Shown: positions 25,774-38,700 of the stretch, piece after piece
Numbering within the stretch: the stretch's first letter is position 1
Layout of the letters: each line of letters opens with the position of its first letter
DNA from: Psilocybe cubensis
Taxonomy: Eukaryota
DNA length: 64,000 nt
Direction of reading: 5' to 3'
Assembly (NCBI GenBank): GCA_017499595.2
Contig: CM039000.1
Location: 1,798,001 to 1,862,000, forward strand
Notes under the pieces: model-generated
What the model saw: the letters and a program-made list of their open reading frames with translations, nothing else
Told to the model about the DNA's origin: nothing
The model's database searches: none
Translations under genes and position numbers: made by a program

Positions 25774-28482
25774 TCATTGTCGTGTCTTTCCTTTACCCGT
25801 CTCGGCAAGCGAAGATGGAGGGGGCGGATGTGTGAGTCCCGCTATCGGCTGTTCAGAATAGTGAGATTCCTGAACAGGCGCCTCCCATATTCGTATAGTC
25901 CGATCGTCCGAGCACGATGCGAACATGCGCTCATTTGTCGGATTCCATGCCACTGAATTCACACTACCTTCGCCGTGACCAGATAGCGTCTCTAGAAGTG
26001 TACCACTATCCCGATGCCAGACATACACCTTTCCATCTTCACATTTTGCTGTCAGCTTAATCAAAGTCGTAAAAATGAAAGCAATACCTTCGCTGCCGCT
26101 AACTACGAAGTTGCCATCAACACCTCCGAAGCAACTTCGGATGACATGATGACCTTGTGTTTGACCTTCATACTTGCAAGCTATTTGCCCTGTAGTCAAG
26201 TCCCATAGGTGTATTTCCTATAGAGCGCCGATGAGAAAGATTTACGTCAGACATAAGATAGAGTGGAAAGTATATCTCACGTTGGGAGCGTGGTTGATCA
26301 AAGCATATCGCGAATCCTGCGAAATTTGTACGCTGGTCAAGTCTCCGTCCAGACGTATAGACCTGTCAAAGAAGAGTATAAAAAAGGAATCACAATCAAT
26401 GGCGCCAAAACGAATAGACCGGCAGCCGATATCGCCGCCGGCCTTTCCAAAGGGTGGCCAGCGCAGAGAGACAAATACTTACAATTCCGTTTGTTTCGTT
26501 GCCAAATCAAATACCATCATCCTATGTGTAGTCCTCAATGCAACACCATGTACTCCGTTCCCACCAGGAGCCGGCGGAGCATCTCCGGATTGCGCTCCCC
26601 CTCTGGTCTGGTTTGGCTCTGGAGCAGAAGGGAAGCTTTGTGGGTGTTCCATCCCAACAGCAACTAGACGCGTAAAATCGGGGGTCACTGCAAGGTCTGT
26701 TAACCGAATTCCCGTAGGTCCCCATGCGTCTCGCACTTTGCCGTCAGCGTCCTGTCAGGTGTGATCAAAGAGTGAGTTAAGATTGCATAACAAGCTCAAC
26801 AATTGCTTCATATAGGACGTAGCCTGGTAAAGCAAAAAGTTATAACGTGGCACATACCCATATAACGATCTTCCGGTCCAAGCCTCCAGATATAAAACCT
26901 GTCCCGTCTGGCAGCCATGAGATCGCCGTTACGGTTTCTGTATGTTCCTCCAGAGTGCGGATACAGACACCAGTCTAAAAGATCTGGTGTGAGCTGTTTG
27001 AAGCATTTTACTCGTCACCTCGTTTTTACCTTTGTGTTCCACATCTTTATGAATTGTTCCGTACTCGTGAGAAGGATTGAATCGTCCAATGACCATGTTA
27101 AGCACCCTAATGGATATGGATGATCACGCAGAATGAGATGGGCCGTCCAATCTTGAGCGGAGGAACTGGAATCAACCGAGGGCTTCTAATCAAATATCAG
27201 TTTGAAAGTTGAGCCAACTAGAGATTATCGGAACACCAACTCCTCTCCGCCAAATAATTGCAGTCTTGTCCTTGCTCGCACTAGCAAGATAGGCGCCATC
27301 GTGACTCCATTCAATATTCCACACTTCATCAGTGTGTATTTCCAATATCGTTGTTGTCATGCTAGGAAATTCTGATTTATTACAACGATGATCGGAAAAA
27401 AGAGAGAAATTTGAGGAATTCAGAGTCGAGTTGTGGTAGATACAACGTTGTAATTGGTATGATCTCGCTTGGTTGAGAAGTGATGCAAACCGCCGTTGTG
27501 GTATCATCACTGCGGAGGGAATATAATCTGTCAAAAACGTGACGTGAAGTTGGACACTTTTGTTACAGAAAAGCAAAACAGAAATACCGTGAAGGGTATC
27601 TAATAATTGATGTCTCGACATCCCAGATGCACCGTCCCAGGCAGCTCTCCTCCGTAGGTCTTCAGGTTCCGAGCACATGATCAAACTGCAAGCCGGCAAT
27701 ACATCTTTAATTCGATAGAAGATGAAACGGATAATAGATTGTGTACCTTGATAGTGAATGCAGCTTATCCGGGTCGACATTTGAAGGTGCGAGCTCATTG
27801 CGCAATACTTGGAGAGCTGCAGTAGGTTTTTTGCCCTCCAATAGTTCCAGATATTTCTGCCGGCTTATTAGAAACTTTGCATCCTAATGAAAAAACGCAT
27901 CAACAGAAAGGTCAAAGATCCCGGAACTATTAGACACGCAATAACATACCCATAGACCATCCTCTTCATGCACCCCCAGCCGCATTAGTGCAGCCTCCGC
28001 CTTTGGCCACATTCCCTCTAGGATATACTGTCTGAACTGTGTCACCTCTGGCGCCTCCATCGTGTATCCTGATTCCGCTTCCAGAGTTGCGGCCGATTCA
28101 CTGTTAGGAGTTTAGTTCAAGAATCCCACTTAACTGTAGGTAGAATAGTACAAGATAGTAATTGGACGTACATATAGCCTACGTCGCGCAGACTCTGAAT
28201 TACCAATCGCACAAACTCTTCGCGGTCCACGAAAGAATCGTCATAGAGAGTTGTTCCAGGCAAGGTGACTCTAGGAATGGTTTTGCCATGCTTGGAGATA
28301 CCGTTGCCCAACGGCGACGCCCCATTAGACACAGGACCAAAGCCGTTTGTATGACCGCTTGCACCATTAGTGCCGGCGAAACCATCAAACACCCCGCCCA
28401 AAGATGATGGTCCCGCATGTGCGGACATGTCAGGCGCGACAGACAAGGAAGAATCATGATCTGGTTCTGACAACCTCATCAT
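25774..28482 (-). CDS. WD40/CTLH protein WDR26/GID7 (GID/CTLH E3 ligase subunit); span from first ATG
   Basis: [19 protein letters not shown] (LisH), QKYLELLE (CTLH), [60 protein letters not shown]. Confidence 0.93.
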
Positions 28483-31400
28483 TCTCCGAGACGGGGTGAT
28501 GGTGGATGAGTCGGGGACTGGAAGAGAAGAAGACAGGGAAGGGCTGGAGGGTTCAAGTCGCTGTCGCTTGCGTGCCCTGGTGTATTCGGAGTCTGCCGCG
28601 TCCAAGAACGAGGCAGGAGAAAGAGGTGGGGAGCGTGCGTGCAAAAGATAACATATGAGATATTTGAAATAAACGAAAGACCACTGCAAAGACACGCACC
28701 AGAGGTGGATGAAGAGACTGGGTCTACACTAGCTCCCTGCTCAAGCTCTGACCTGGAACGGGTAGCTGGAACGAGACTTGGGACGGAGGGTGCGGGGTGG
28801 ACCCTGATGGACGACGAAGGGGCAGCTGGGGGGGAACGACGAGATGTGTGGGGAGATTCCAGAGCCGAGGAGGAGGATGGTGGGGTGGACAAAGAGTCCC
28901 GCGTAGAGCTTGGGTGGGTAGGAGAATCAATGGTGACAATGCAGAGCACAATGTGTTGGAGAGCGTGGTTGGCAGTGAACGAGGACGCTGTGTGTCGCGG
29001 TGGTCGAGAAAGAAGAAAAGCAAGTGGAAGAGTGTGGCAGAGGAGGCCGCAGATTGATCAGTGCGCGTCAGGAGCCTCTGCACACATCAAATTACTCCCG
29101 CATTCGGTCTATTGACTCGTTTATTATTTACAATAAAGTATCTAGGTTACACTACTTGTACAATCCTCCTTTGTATACTCTCTCTTCAACAGACCAGCTG
29201 TGAATATAACAACAAAACAGTTCAAAGAACGCGCCTCAGATCGTGCCCGTCCTCCACTGACAGCAGCCCTGTATCCAGACTCTGAACTCTTCGGCGACAA
29301 TACATCAGCGACTATGAAAGACCAACCAATGCAAGTTGGATGTTGGGGTCCAAAAATCAGAGTTAGTCTGTCCTGCTGCCTGGCTGTTCTGTCACGGCGG
29401 CACCGTCGACTGTCGACTCCTATATAGATCGAATACAGTACCATTTCCTATTCACCGGTCCATACGTTCCATAGTCCACAAATGAGACGAGCAGGCAGCA
29501 TTACGATTTATTTTCCCTTTAAATAGACAGGAATCCGGGACGCGATTCGCCGTTGGCCTTCACAGCGCAGCACCCATTCTCGTCGTTGTGTTCATTGGCA
29601 TTGTATCATAGCGATATCTTTTCAAGGGTACCAGGTGGATATGTTACGTCAAAGGGCCTGAAATTTTTCAGGCTGGCATCGAGGTCGTTTCGAAACCAGA
29701 TTCTGGATCCTGCAACGTGTTGGAGTCGTGTCGTGGGGAAGAAAAAGCAGAACCAAAGCCCGAAAGAAGACAGTAATATATTCCGTGGATCAAAGAGACA
29801 ACATATCACAGAAGAGAAAGGAGCGCAGATATTTTCTTCTTTTGTTTCACGGCGTCTTGCCAAAACCTCAGGCTGTACCTGGAGGCGTTTACACGACAAG
29901 CAGTGGAAAAAATGATGGATTTTGTGCAACACCAGAGAGATCAGCAGGCCATATAGATCGACGAAATATGCGAGGCTCTACAAGCGAGTGAAGTAAACCA
30001 GAGAAACGAGTATGAGCATATGACATTTGTCCAAGTAAGTGGAAGAGTAACAGAAACAGGGTTGGGTGCACATGCACACGCGTGGGTTTACCCTTGCTTC
30101 CTAATATGGCTCGAGCTTCCAACCGACACACCTGCCTTCTTTCGCATGCCACGCTCACGCGCACGTTGACCTTAGCGCTTGTGTTTATCCGCCTCCTTTG
30201 TGTGACCAGGCTTGGGCTAGACCTCCGAAGATCATATACCTTCAAGGTTTGCTGCAGCGGCCAAAAAAAACTGGTCAAGACTCAACCCTGAAATGGCAGG
30301 AAAAGTTGTTACAATCACCAGTAGGTATCTTGTAACGCTTCTGCAAACCCGTTTAGAGGCGGATTTGTTGCAGACCATATACTTACATACCCGCCGAGCC
30401 ACCGCCGAAGCCGTTGATAAAAATGCAGAGCACCGTTCTGAAGTGACCGCCGCTCTCGAGTCGGAAATGATTTATGAATGAACCAAACCAACACAAGATA
30501 CGCGGTTTACCGTTGAAACGCACACCTGCCAGGTCAGCAGATCAAATGTCTAACATAGCCAAAATGTATGGGCCGTATCGTACTCTTGCCCTCCCAACAT
30601 GACCTTGGGGAGTTGCAAAAAAACATGAACCATTGACGTGCATTGAATGCTCAGAGATGCTTAGGTACAGACAAGTTTGGGTGCATGCAACGGATAATCC
30701 GAAGAGAAATATATTCGGAGTACTACAATGCGTATGAATAACTATCGACGATGGGTCAGGTGAGAGGATGACGAGAGGAATTTTAAGGAAACGGTGGTCA
30801 CGAAAACAAGTTACCAGTAAGAGTCCCGAGGCGAAGTTTGTGCGTATCAAAAATATGGAGAGATTGATGAGGCAATGCAAATGGACAATGACATGAGATG
30901 TGGTTGATTTGGTTGAATGACAGCTAATTCCGCGTTGAACATTGATGATGTTGAGAATAATATGGAAGATGCAATGTATAGTACATTCTTTTTGGATGAA
31001 GCATGAAAAATGCGGGTGAGGAGAAGTGACATTGAAGACGTGAGATGTTTTGAGATAGATAAATTTTGTCATGTAAAGATTTTTTTAAAAGAAATAACCC
31101 GATGTTGAATGGTTAAGATGAATAAGATAAGGTAAAACGAAAAGTAACTCCGCGAATTCCCGATGTAAGTAGGTTGAAGTGATACAGTCGAGGAAAGAGA
31201 AGTTGGAACAAAATAGATAAGACCGCACACGTTTCGCGTGGTTAAATGCCTGCCGAAAGATACGAGAAAAAAAGAGGAGGGGTGGAAAACAAAGCAGACA
31301 GGGGTGTGAGGATAGCGATAAAGCATTTTGAATTCGACGACAGATGCGAGAACGATGACGATTGCGGGATGAAAGCGAATGAGTTGGGGGCGAATGCGTA

Positions 31401-31565
31401 GGAAGACTGATTGATGACAACATATTGCGATGATAATCCGAGATGCGAAAAAAACCTTTAGTAGAAAAGCCAATGAAAAAAATCGTGCGCCCGTAAAAAT
31501 ATGCCGGGGTCATTTTTGTATTTTGGATGTGTTGGTGAATTGAAAGACGAGAGAGGCAACCAGGT

Positions 31566-32969
31566 TTATAGTGGGATTCGATAAGTATCACGTCCCCGAT
31601 CCACAAGACCACTGCGCCCGGTACCAAACCCTGGTGCATCGTTAGAGAAACCAATGCCCCCTAGATCTTCAACCCTTGTACGGCCTCTTGCTCTTGCCCG
31701 AGAGTGGCTCCCAGACTGCGACCGATCAGAACCGTGTGTCTTCCTCGCGGAAGAGAACAAACTGATGTGATCTTCCACGCCCATGAGTGCCTTTGGAGGT
31801 GGCGAGCTGTTCCTGCGAACTGTCTCCCGGCCTCTTCGAGGAAGTTCTGACGCAGAAGCCCAATAATCAATAGGGTCTTCAGATACCGGCTGATGGGGGA
31901 TGATGTCCCTCACTGGAACGCGCCGTGACCTTGAGCGTGATCGGGAGTGTGAAGACTGTCCTGAACGGCGACTACACCTAGAACCATCCACGTCTCTACG
32001 ACGGCCCCTGGGAGTAGAGTGAACAGATGGTAGGGGTATTGAAGGGGTGATCATGATCTGTGAGACAGCATTGGCAAAAGGTAGTTTTGGCGTGGGAGGT
32101 GAAGGGCGTGCGATGGTGTGGCCGGAAGAAGACGATACTGGGGAGGACCGGAAGTCTTTGGACGGAGAAGCGGTCTGTAGAAGCGAGAAACACGCCGGTA
32201 GGCTGCCACGGGTATGACTGCGCCTCGATTTGACCGCGCCTGTGTATTTTGGTTTCGAAGCCACTCCCGAGTCTTTCTCCGAGGCGAGGTCGCCTTCATC
32301 CGTGTCGGGTGCGTCTCCAGATGAGAATCCCACATCTGAATAAAAATCGTCGTCGTTGTCTGCTGGCCGAGATGAGGATATAGGTACACTTCGGGGAAGG
32401 CATCGCGAAGCGGGAGGTGCTGGTACAGAAGCCTGGTGCCTGTCGAGGTGGGGAATAGTAGAGTGATTGTTGGTTCCGGATGGTCTGCGAGCATATGTAA
32501 GAGAAGAAGGATTGCCGGAGTAGATGGAGTTGGCTGATTTGGACGCAGTATCATATATGTGGTCTGGAGATTCGTGGTAGCTATATTCGCTGATTCCAAA
32601 CCTATTGGAAGTGAAATCATCCTCGTCGTCTGTGACAAGAGAGCAAGAATTGGATGAGGTTGAGGAAGAGGATACAGGATAGCGGCTTCGCCTGGCATAA
32701 ACGCGTAGAGCAGAACCCAGAGCAGAAGGAATAAGAGCAGGGACATCGCCTCCGACGGTATAGCCGATGCTGGGAGAAGAAAGGGCGCTACTGGAAGAGG
32801 ATATAGAGGGAGATGATATCTCGGACTGCTGGCAGTCATCGCTGCAGTAAGCACGACTAGAAAGAAAGAAAAGAAAAGATGAGAAGAGTTGGATGAGACA
32901 AAGAGGGGGAGCTAATTACCCGTCGTCGGAGAGGTGCTTGCCGCATACTAAGCATATTTCCTCGAACAT
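31566..32969 (-). CDS. Ecl1-family zinc-binding protein with long Ser/Arg-rich disordered tail
   Basis: MFEEICLVCGKHLSDDG|RAYCSDDC after splicing intron 32857-32919 gives the CxxC...YCSxxC motif; exon 2 is open to the stop at 31566. Confidence 0.78.
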
Positions 32970-33054
32970 GGCGAGGAGAAGGTATTGACAGTGGCGGGGG
33001 AGAACGAGGGCGAAATGAGGGGGATGGGAATGAGGAGGAGGACGGAGGAGAGGG

Positions 33055-33172
33055 TTTATATAAGGATGGCGAGCGCACCTGGCAGGTCGCGACATGCACT
33101 CAAATTTAATTCGCGTGATGGTGTCACACCCCCAAACTGACTCAACTCCATAATTCAAATTGGCACGTGACT
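33055..33172 (-). promoter_or_regulatory. TATA box (TATATAAA about 33062-33055), TGACTCA (33138-33144) and GTCACGTG (33171-33164) upstream of the Ecl1-like gene
   Basis: Exact motifs 85-200 bp upstream of the ATG. Confidence 0.55.
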
Positions 33173-35787
33173 GCATGCGATTCTCCGCCGAGCAAACAGT
33201 TCGAGCCAGCCAAGGATCCGACACATGATCGATATTTCCAGCCTATCACAGGGGCTGCCCAGCGTGACAGAGAGCACGTGTGACCCGTGCATTATATTAC
33301 GCGTGACTGTGAATATTGCAATTCTCCTGAGAGTGGATGTCGTCATGGATGATGTTCTCTGCGCATTGACGCGGTACTCTGTGCAGAATAAATCGAAGCC
33401 GCTGTCGCCCACGTTCACGCCATATGTCCTTGAGATTCCGAATTCTCTCCCTCTGATACATTCAACGTTTTGTTGGATCGGACCGCGCTTCTTTGTTCGA
33501 CTTGGACAACATGCAAGTTTAATTAAGCATCCTAGGGACGACAACAAGAACAATGGCTATGAAACCCGGTCTCGAAGTGATGTCACACACACAGGCGCTA
33601 AATATAAATATCCTCCCAATTGCAACGAAATCACATCATATTACGACCCCGAAATTCGTTTATTCTATCCTCCGATTGCGATGTGCGATCCAACTGGCGT
33701 CTATGCACACCACGAGTCACTCATATTTGCAATTCTATATGGGGTCTGGGGCAACGGAAACCATTTAGCGTAAAATGCCTCGGACAGCAGATCGGACTTT
33801 GTTTTCTGTCTTTCGAGTCCATGTATCATGACTTTCTTCTTTCATAGGTACATAAAGCAATGCAATATATCTCCAAAGTAAGATTCAAATTCAACAGCGA
33901 CTCAGGGTATTCTGTGCCCTGGTCCGATGAGGACCGACGACAAACACCAACCCAACACCCGGCAGACAATGTCAGTTCCGAACCCGATAGTGCGCCCACT
34001 CCGAAATCTCGACCAGGCAAATGCCAAGGATCCATGGCTCGACGTCTCGTTTTCCTGTTCTAGATCGAGAGTGCACATCTAAATTATGGAATCCTTTTTC
34101 TGTGTATTCTTATCCCCTATTACCCAGTATACGCGAACTCGGGTGGCTCGAAGAATCACTCAGCACTGTGCAGGTATTTTTTTAGCTTGCCACGGTATTA
34201 GGTTTGAAACTGATGCAGGGAGACCCGCACAGTTATTAGTCACTCTATCGTTACAGTTTTCGGACATCGTTTTCTGCGGCCTCTACTATATATACTTGCA
34301 GTCAGGACATTGCTCCGATACAAACTGGCAAAAAGTTTTAATCTTCAGCAACTTGTTTGCAGAGCAGTCGATCCAATCTTGACTTTCTACACTGGGAAGA
34401 AAAACAGCCTTTTAATTAGTTGTAGGAATCTTACAAAAGGCTCTTGTCACATTCATCCAGGTAATAAAGAAATAAACTCCTTTCCCATCGCTTCTCCGAG
34501 GTTTTGAATGTCATTGTAACTTATAAATTGTATGGTGTGATCTTCGCCATTTGTTCTCATTTGTACCCAACTGTGATGTTGGCTTCTTCAATCGCTTTCC
34601 ATTGAACTCGACTTTCCACGAGTACCATCGCAGACGCATTTGATCAATCTGTCAATCAAGCTATTATACGTACTTCTAATGAGCAGTCACGGATAAACAT
34701 GGCATGCGCACACCACATACTGGTCCATCTGTGACCACGGTCACCTACTAATAATTTCGACTCCTGAACACGTTCATAATTTCGTTGGTTTGATGCAATT
34801 GAACGTGCCTCGGTCGTGGTTTGATCCATCAATAAAAATCCTCACGAGTCTTACTAGTACTTTATACTTACACTCGCCCTAAGAAAGGAAAAATAATGTC
34901 TCCAATAATGCACACCCCACCACCTAGACCGCTCATCAGATGTGCATTGAAGCATGTGTAATAATTAGTAGCTATCGTCCACTACAGAATGATGCATGCA
35001 GAACTCAATGAGATCAAGTGTCGATCATTGTGGCGGTAAACCGGCTGGTCGATCTTGAAGTTTTGACCACTTACTAAAGGTGATTAATTGGACTCCTGAC
35101 ATGATACTCAATGAATAAACAAAAGCCGGGATCTGTAAGACATCTTGTATTAGGTAAGTAGAATGCCTGTGGGGGTAGACAGGGGCAGACCAAGAGCAGA
35201 CGCAATATGAGAGTACACTATCTGATCTACTGGATAGGGGGAACAAATTTTTGGGAGTCGGTGGCGGCGGGGATTTCGGAAAGATGACATGTCCCTGTTG
35301 GGAAAGCTCGAATTAAATGGCAAAGGCAAATGTAGGCGCGGGAACAAGAGGCGATTTGATAGGAGAAAAGGTAGGAGGTTCGTAACGAGCATGTATAACA
35401 GCAGGGCATTAGAAGGCAATTGCTGGGTAATTGTAACCCCTACAAAGCTCAGCCGCGTAGAAAGCGATCTGGCGAATTTGCAGGGTTGTGTTTACACTGC
35501 GGTACGAAGCTTCTGATTCCAAGTAAACGACACTTGTCACAATCGCGGAGTTTAATAACTGGCTACTGTCTTTTGCATGCTTCATGTAATTTCGATTGAC
35601 TTTTTGCTGTTCAAGTGACGACTTGATAGTCATTGCTTAGCGATTGTCGCTGCTGCAAAGTGAGTCATCGCCACATACAGACCAAAAACCCTTTCGCCCG
35701 TAGTCCCGCACGATACGTCGAATCAAAGCTGTGTCACCCTGCAATCAATTGAAGAATGGCCAGCTATATGACCTTGGCCAAATGATT

Positions 35788-38700
35788 CTATTTGGAACCA
35801 TCCGTGTTGTTGTTGACAGCTGGTTTGAAAGTCTCAAGGTCCACGGATGGTATCTCAACCTGTTTAAAGCCTTGTGAGACTTTAGTCTCAGGAATAGGCG
35901 ACACAGCCATGGACAAAGAAATGCTGCTGCCATTTGCTAGTGTATCCTGACTCGCGTTCGCAGCGTAGAGCCCATTACCGTTTTGGGGGTCCAAATGGGT
36001 ATTCACTGGAACTGGAGAACGAGAACGAGGCTTATCAGAAATCGAGGGAGCCGGGAAAGGCGAAGAGTTCTGATTTGGAGGGGGTAATGCTTTATCTTTA
36101 TCCGCAAAGCTTGAAGAACGGCCAGAAAGCAATCCCTTCAATCGCTGATTGGCTGTAAGCGTGTTACTTCGTATGGGCGCATTGGGCGGACTAGCGGGCG
36201 ATGTATGTGAACTGCCATTTGGACCGCCAGTACGTGGTATGAACTTCTCCGCAACGACCGTCTCCAGCATCCCAGCAGGAGCTCCAGCAATATTCAAAAC
36301 GGCGAGCTTTTGGTGCAAATATTTTGCATCCTCTAGTAACCTGAACAAAATCAGCAAGAAAGGGAGAAATCCCGAAGCTTCGTCAGCATGAAGATTTACA
36401 AGGGTAACTGCCCTGTTAAATGCACCTTGTTTTTGACTCTTGATCAGGCAGTTCAATTACACCATATGCCTCCGATAACCGATGATTGATTGCAGCGAAA
36501 ACTTGTGTCATCACATACTGGAATTTTGTACGGACAAAAATGATGGCGGGATTAAACCAGTCAGTGTACGATCTTAATGGCCATCGAATTAGTCCGCTTG
36601 CTCACCTCAACAACGGATGGTGAGAGATATCGTGACAAAACTTTATGGAGGGTAACAGTTTCTTTTACAAGGAGCTCCATGTAGCTATTAACACCCCCGA
36701 CAGGTTTCGGCACGGTCCAATCGATATTCTGGGTGTGTAAATGAGCCAGATCAATGTGTGTCTCATCAATAAAACGTAAAAGAATTATGCTTACCTTCAA
36801 GGACTTGATATGTTCGTTCAACCTATCACCCATAATTGCAACCAACTTCGAATGAATTTCAATTTGGTGTTCTTGATAATCCTACAGAAATTGAAATATA
36901 ATTAGTTCAAAGCATGAAATATTACAAATAACAATTTCTTACCCCTCTCAACTTGTCAAACTCCACCAATAAAACAGTATGTTTTTGGCCGAGATGCCGC
37001 CGGAACGCTTCACGCACGTAAGGAATAAGCTCAAAGACTATCGACAAGGACTGTGATGCCAAAGCTGTAATAAATGATGGTTAGAAATATACACCAGGTG
37101 TTGACGGAAATGATCCACACCAAGATGTTTCGCAGTGATATTCTTCAGACCTGCTGATCGCATTGCCCCAGCACCCAACACCACTTGGCAGGTCCTAGAA
37201 TTGAAAGCCTTCAAAAATTCGATGACCCGGCTCATAGTATCGGGAGTAAGTGTGGACAAATTTACAACAACTTTGAGATAATCCAATAGCAGCGTTAAAA
37301 CCTGGGCTGTTGCAGAAACGACATAATAAGTACGTCCTTCGATCCGTAGATGTTTTGTGCTGTGGGTTGAAGCAGATGAACTCTTGGATTGGAGTACAGT
37401 CGTAGCAATGGTTGGAACACTAGAATCAGGACTGGCTCCTGGAGTTGTGGGAAAATTCATTGCGACAGGACTGAAGACAGCATCGGGTGATTGTATGACC
37501 AATTCCGGGGGGTCCCGCACAGCAGAATCCATCACAATATTGGTAGTAAGTTGTATACCGGGGGTGACTTCAGTTGGATTCCAAAGTTCATCTTCCACAA
37601 ATTTGGCCGACTGAGATATTCGCTTCTGATGGAATGTCTGAAGAAAGAGGGTGGCCTTGTCCAACCAGGTAAGGAAATTCAATTGATAAATAGAAATGGT
37701 GAATATACCTGGCTGTTCAGTGTCCCTCTCAAAGGAATTATAGCCCGCCGACAAACTTTTTCGCACTTAATAACAAATGCCCAGGAGTCATTAGAAAAAG
37801 TCATGAAGTCGGACAAGTCTAGGCGTGCGTGTTGTTCGGCTCTATACGCAATAACCTTAGCTGCTTGTGCACTTGAAAGATCGGCCGAAGAAGAAAGGAT
37901 GTCATTCAGATCTTCTTCAAGTAATGGTATGTTCGTCACCCGTTGTCGCAATTGTGAGCTGTACAGTGCGTCAAGAAGTCAGCATATCTTCGTTTATATC
38001 AGATTTATAACATACCTAAGAGCCGATAGAATGTCGAGGATGACGGTGTTCTGACCTTGTAATCCTTCTACGCCCTTGAACAACCGTTGATACACTCTCT
38101 GAATAAGTGGTATGAAATCAGAGTGCGGGGTACCCCGGAGCTGATTTGCCAAGTTGGTCCTGTTTAATATAACGGTTAGTAAGGTATTCCATTCGTAAAA
38201 TTTAGACCAACTAACTTTGATTCTGACGTAGAATCCCGTCCAGTTTGTTCATCGTCTATATCATATGAAGGCAAAATCTGTTTAAACATCCTTGAATTTA
38301 GTATGACTATGATAGCAGAATGTGAATATCTGACCTGCTTAATTACGCCTCGAATCACACCCAAGACAACTTCCCTCCATGAAAGCACAGCTTCTTTTAG
38401 TCCCTTAGTGCGAACCAAATTCAACAGTAAAGGCTTAAGTCTATCTTTCAACCCTTGGTCAGCATCAGTATTCGAATTGCCATCGACGCCGATCCGCAAT
38501 TCAAGATCGTTCCGCAGCACCGACACAAATTCAGACGATAGAGAAGCTGCTATCTCCATTGTCAACGTTCGTAAGTGCGAAGGAAGGGCAGAGAATGCAT
38601 GCAAAGAAGACAAGGGTATCGAATACTGAATGGAATGCGGAAGTGTGTCGATTTGTTTGACCGATGAAGTATGCATAGCATCTGTGGCTTCATCTTCTTC

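Noticed and set aside
29058-29087. ATG in frame with the WDR26 extension (MCAEAPDAH*)
   Set aside because: Followed by TGA after 9 codons and lies upstream of the CT-rich tract that probably marks the TSS; cannot serve as the start without readthrough
32051-32854. 267-aa alternative-frame ORF with a hydrophobic stretch overlapping the Ecl1-like exon 2
   Set aside because: Begins at a non-ATG codon at the exon boundary; Leu/Pro richness is the frameshifted reading of Ser-rich TCN codons
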